NCBI GenBank assembly: GCA_000934665.2 | Contig: JYFJ02003039.1 | Coordinates: forward strand, 1-47,034 | Source of the DNA: Catajapyx aquilonaris | Taxonomy: Eukaryota | Length of the DNA: 47,034 bases | Reading direction: 5' to 3' | Shown here: positions 44,848-47,034 of the stretch, in pieces | How the letters are laid out: every line of letters starts with the position of its first letter | Position numbering within the stretch: position 1 is the stretch's first letter | The notes under the pieces: model-generated | The model's input: only the letters and a program-made list of their open reading frames with translations | Told to the model about the DNA's origin: nothing | Databases searched by the model: none | Made by a program: the position numbers and the translations under genes

Positions 44848-46918
44848 CAAGTAAAATTGTACCTGATATGTGTGAAGCAACCTGAAGAACAAAAAGGTAG
44901 TGGTCATAACAAATCAAAAGCCATGCATTCAACGTTGTAGATGTTGAATCGGTTGAGTGGAATTATTTTTTTCCAAGTGCCAGTGGATTCATCTTAACCA
45001 AGGATACTTACTTACAAATGCGCTAACTGCGTATGGACCAGATAACATATGAACAATGCCATGTTAATCACATGTAAAATTGATACTAACTGCTGGTAAT
45101 CTCCCAGCTGGGGCATATCAAAATGTGTAAGTGTCTTGTTGATTCTCTCCGCCATGTTTCACACTGATATTTACATGCCGGGGAATTTGTGTGCCTGGTA
45201 CCCCAGTTCTGGAATGTCAGGATTGTCTCAGGCATAAAGTGGATACACTGCGGAATGGAAGCCCACAAGACTGGCATAGTTGGATGCTTTTCGATGTCTA
45301 TGGAAGGCAAACAAATTACGCGAATTTTTTATCGCAAGTTTCTCAGGCAGATGACTATGACGCACTGTATGATAATTAAGCGGTTTTTTTCGCCACTACA
45401 AGTGGTGAAATGGGGACAGTCCCACCCATCCACAAAGACATATCAGATTGGCCCAAGTGCTGAGTTGGAAGGTGCAAGGCGTGACTCACGTCCTAACGTG
45501 ACGTTTTGTTTTTTTAAGTATTGTCGCGAAATCTGCTCTGGGTGTGCACATGCCTTCGTGATGGGATACTGTACTGTACAGGGGGGGTCGTTCATCCTCT
45601 CTCTGGAAATAGTGCGTGAGAGGCTCTCCCACAGTGATCTTGCACTTGACCTTGCTGCACCTTGAGTAGTTTTCTCATTTGCTCTCCGGCTGATTGAGCA
45701 CCGGGGCGTGACTGGGTCGCTCACCTTGTCAGAACGGGAGTGTCACGGCCCGTCACGCCAACCTTGACCCCAATTAGCATGTGTGCTGCGTGGACCAGTC
45801 AAAATATAGAGTGTCTTCTAGTATAAATAGAACTGCCCTCCCTCCCTCCCTCATAGATCAATACCTGTGTTGGAACTTGTGAAAATGGTAATAATGGCTG
45901 GGCAAAGGGGGTCGAAGGAATAATTGGTAATGAAGACGGGAGAAATGTAGTCCGGCGAGCGGGGGGGCGTCGACGGGCATGGGATAGATTTTTGCGTGGT
46001 CACGTGACTCAGCCGCCCCCATTTGACCCCACATGGTCATTTGGGAGGCAGGGTTGCCGCGTGTCTTTATAGAGAGGCACACGGTGCATGGGGAGAGAAT
46101 AAAAATGAATTGGTCACTGGGGATGCTTAGGAGGCCTCCGGAAGGAAGTTCGTGGCCGGATGTTTGTGACCCAAGGTCACTCTGACCCACTGATGGAAAC
46201 AGGAGCAGGGTGTGTGTGTGTGTTGGGAGATCCATAATAGCAGGCCCCCACCGCCAGAATTAGGGGAGTGGGGGAGGGAGTCTGTGGGGTTCAACTATCG
46301 ATTTTGGGGACTCTACTGTGTGGCCTTGTTGCCACCCCCCAGCCCCCCTCCTATCCACACACCCTTCTTTTGCAGCCCTCCACCCCCACCCCTTTCGACT
46401 GAATCTGCCGACACTTCTACTGTCTGGACCTTATTTCTTAAATTCGAGGGGGATAAATAAATTACCTTGTCGAATTGGGAAGGGGGATGACATGGCATGA
46501 ATTGCCATGGGAAAATGATGTAGGAATGGGGCTGACACGAGGTAGAAATTTAAGGAGGGATCAAAGTTAGGTCACACTTACTGAATCCATAAAGATTCTG
46601 TATTGGCCTGCCAAGCACATTAAAGTGGGCAATTAGTTTTTAACTGATTCTGGTAGACACAATCTTCAGCCATAAAAGAGACCGTTATCAATTATGAAAC
46701 TTGGTCAGGGTTATGGGCGTACTGGGATATCTTGAAGTGATGTGGTGAAAGAGAAGCAAATAACAATTGAATAAGCTGTACCTGTACAGAATGTCCAAAA
46801 AGTCTCTGTATATAGGAAATGCCAGTTCACAAAATTGAAACGTCATAAAATGTGCTGAATGTGCTGGTCTTCTGAAGACAGGCACAGGTCCATGTGTTTC
46901 TGCCAGCCTTGAGTCTTG

Positions 46919-46940
46919 ACACACACACACACACACACAC
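46919..46940. repeat. (AC)n microsatellite
   Basis: About 11 AC units. Confidence 0.9.
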
Positions 46941-46990
46941 GTTATAAAGTGCTATCCTTGTGAGGGTCTGGCAAAAATAAAAATTTAAAA

Positions 46991-47013
46991 CTAACCTAAC
47001 CTAACCTAACCTA
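46991..47013. repeat. Short (CCTAA)n / TTAGG-type repeat
   Basis: CTAACCTAACCTAACCTAACCTA, about 4.5 units, inside the Chc intron. Confidence 0.8.
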
Positions 47014-47034
47014 CAAAATACACACGAAATTTTG

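Noticed and set aside
46991..47013. TTAGG repeat as a telomere
   Set aside because: Only ~4.5 units, inside the Chc intron with unique sequence after it.
1..47034. CRISPR array, operon or prokaryotic defence system
   Set aside because: No regularly spaced direct repeats; all genes are spliceosomal-intron eukaryotic genes.

Overview
Eukaryotic, intron-containing animal DNA, most likely an arthropod/insect (inferred from gene structures, tRNA-SINEs and a short TTAGG-type repeat); no prokaryotic operon or CRISPR content. It is a compact housekeeping cluster: PXMP2/Mpv17-family gene (-), classical SDR oxidoreductase (-), tRNA-Gln(CTG) (+), rabankyrin-5/ANKFY1 (+, 17 coding exons over ~20 kb) with a nested antisense Ly6/uPAR three-finger gene in intron 6, SET1 H3K4 methyltransferase (+, 12 coding exons), MED21 (-), RPLP2 (+), an intronless FDXR CDS (-), and the first coding exon of clathrin heavy chain (+). 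Introns hold many short non-autonomous elements (hAT, Tc1/mariner-pogo, PIF/Harbinger, piggyBac, Helitron, two tRNA-derived SINEs). Signals not visible in the ORF track: a U12-type AT-AC intron in SET1, an intronic box C/D snoRNA in RPLP2 with a guide to LSU rRNA, the spliced nested Ly6 gene, a relic that resembles mammalian MER2/Tigger3 (possible horizontal transfer, recalled from memory and unverified) and a G-U-rich hairpin in RPLP2 intron 1. I found no convincing wholly new multi-gene system. Exon boundaries were read by eye and may be off by a base or two.
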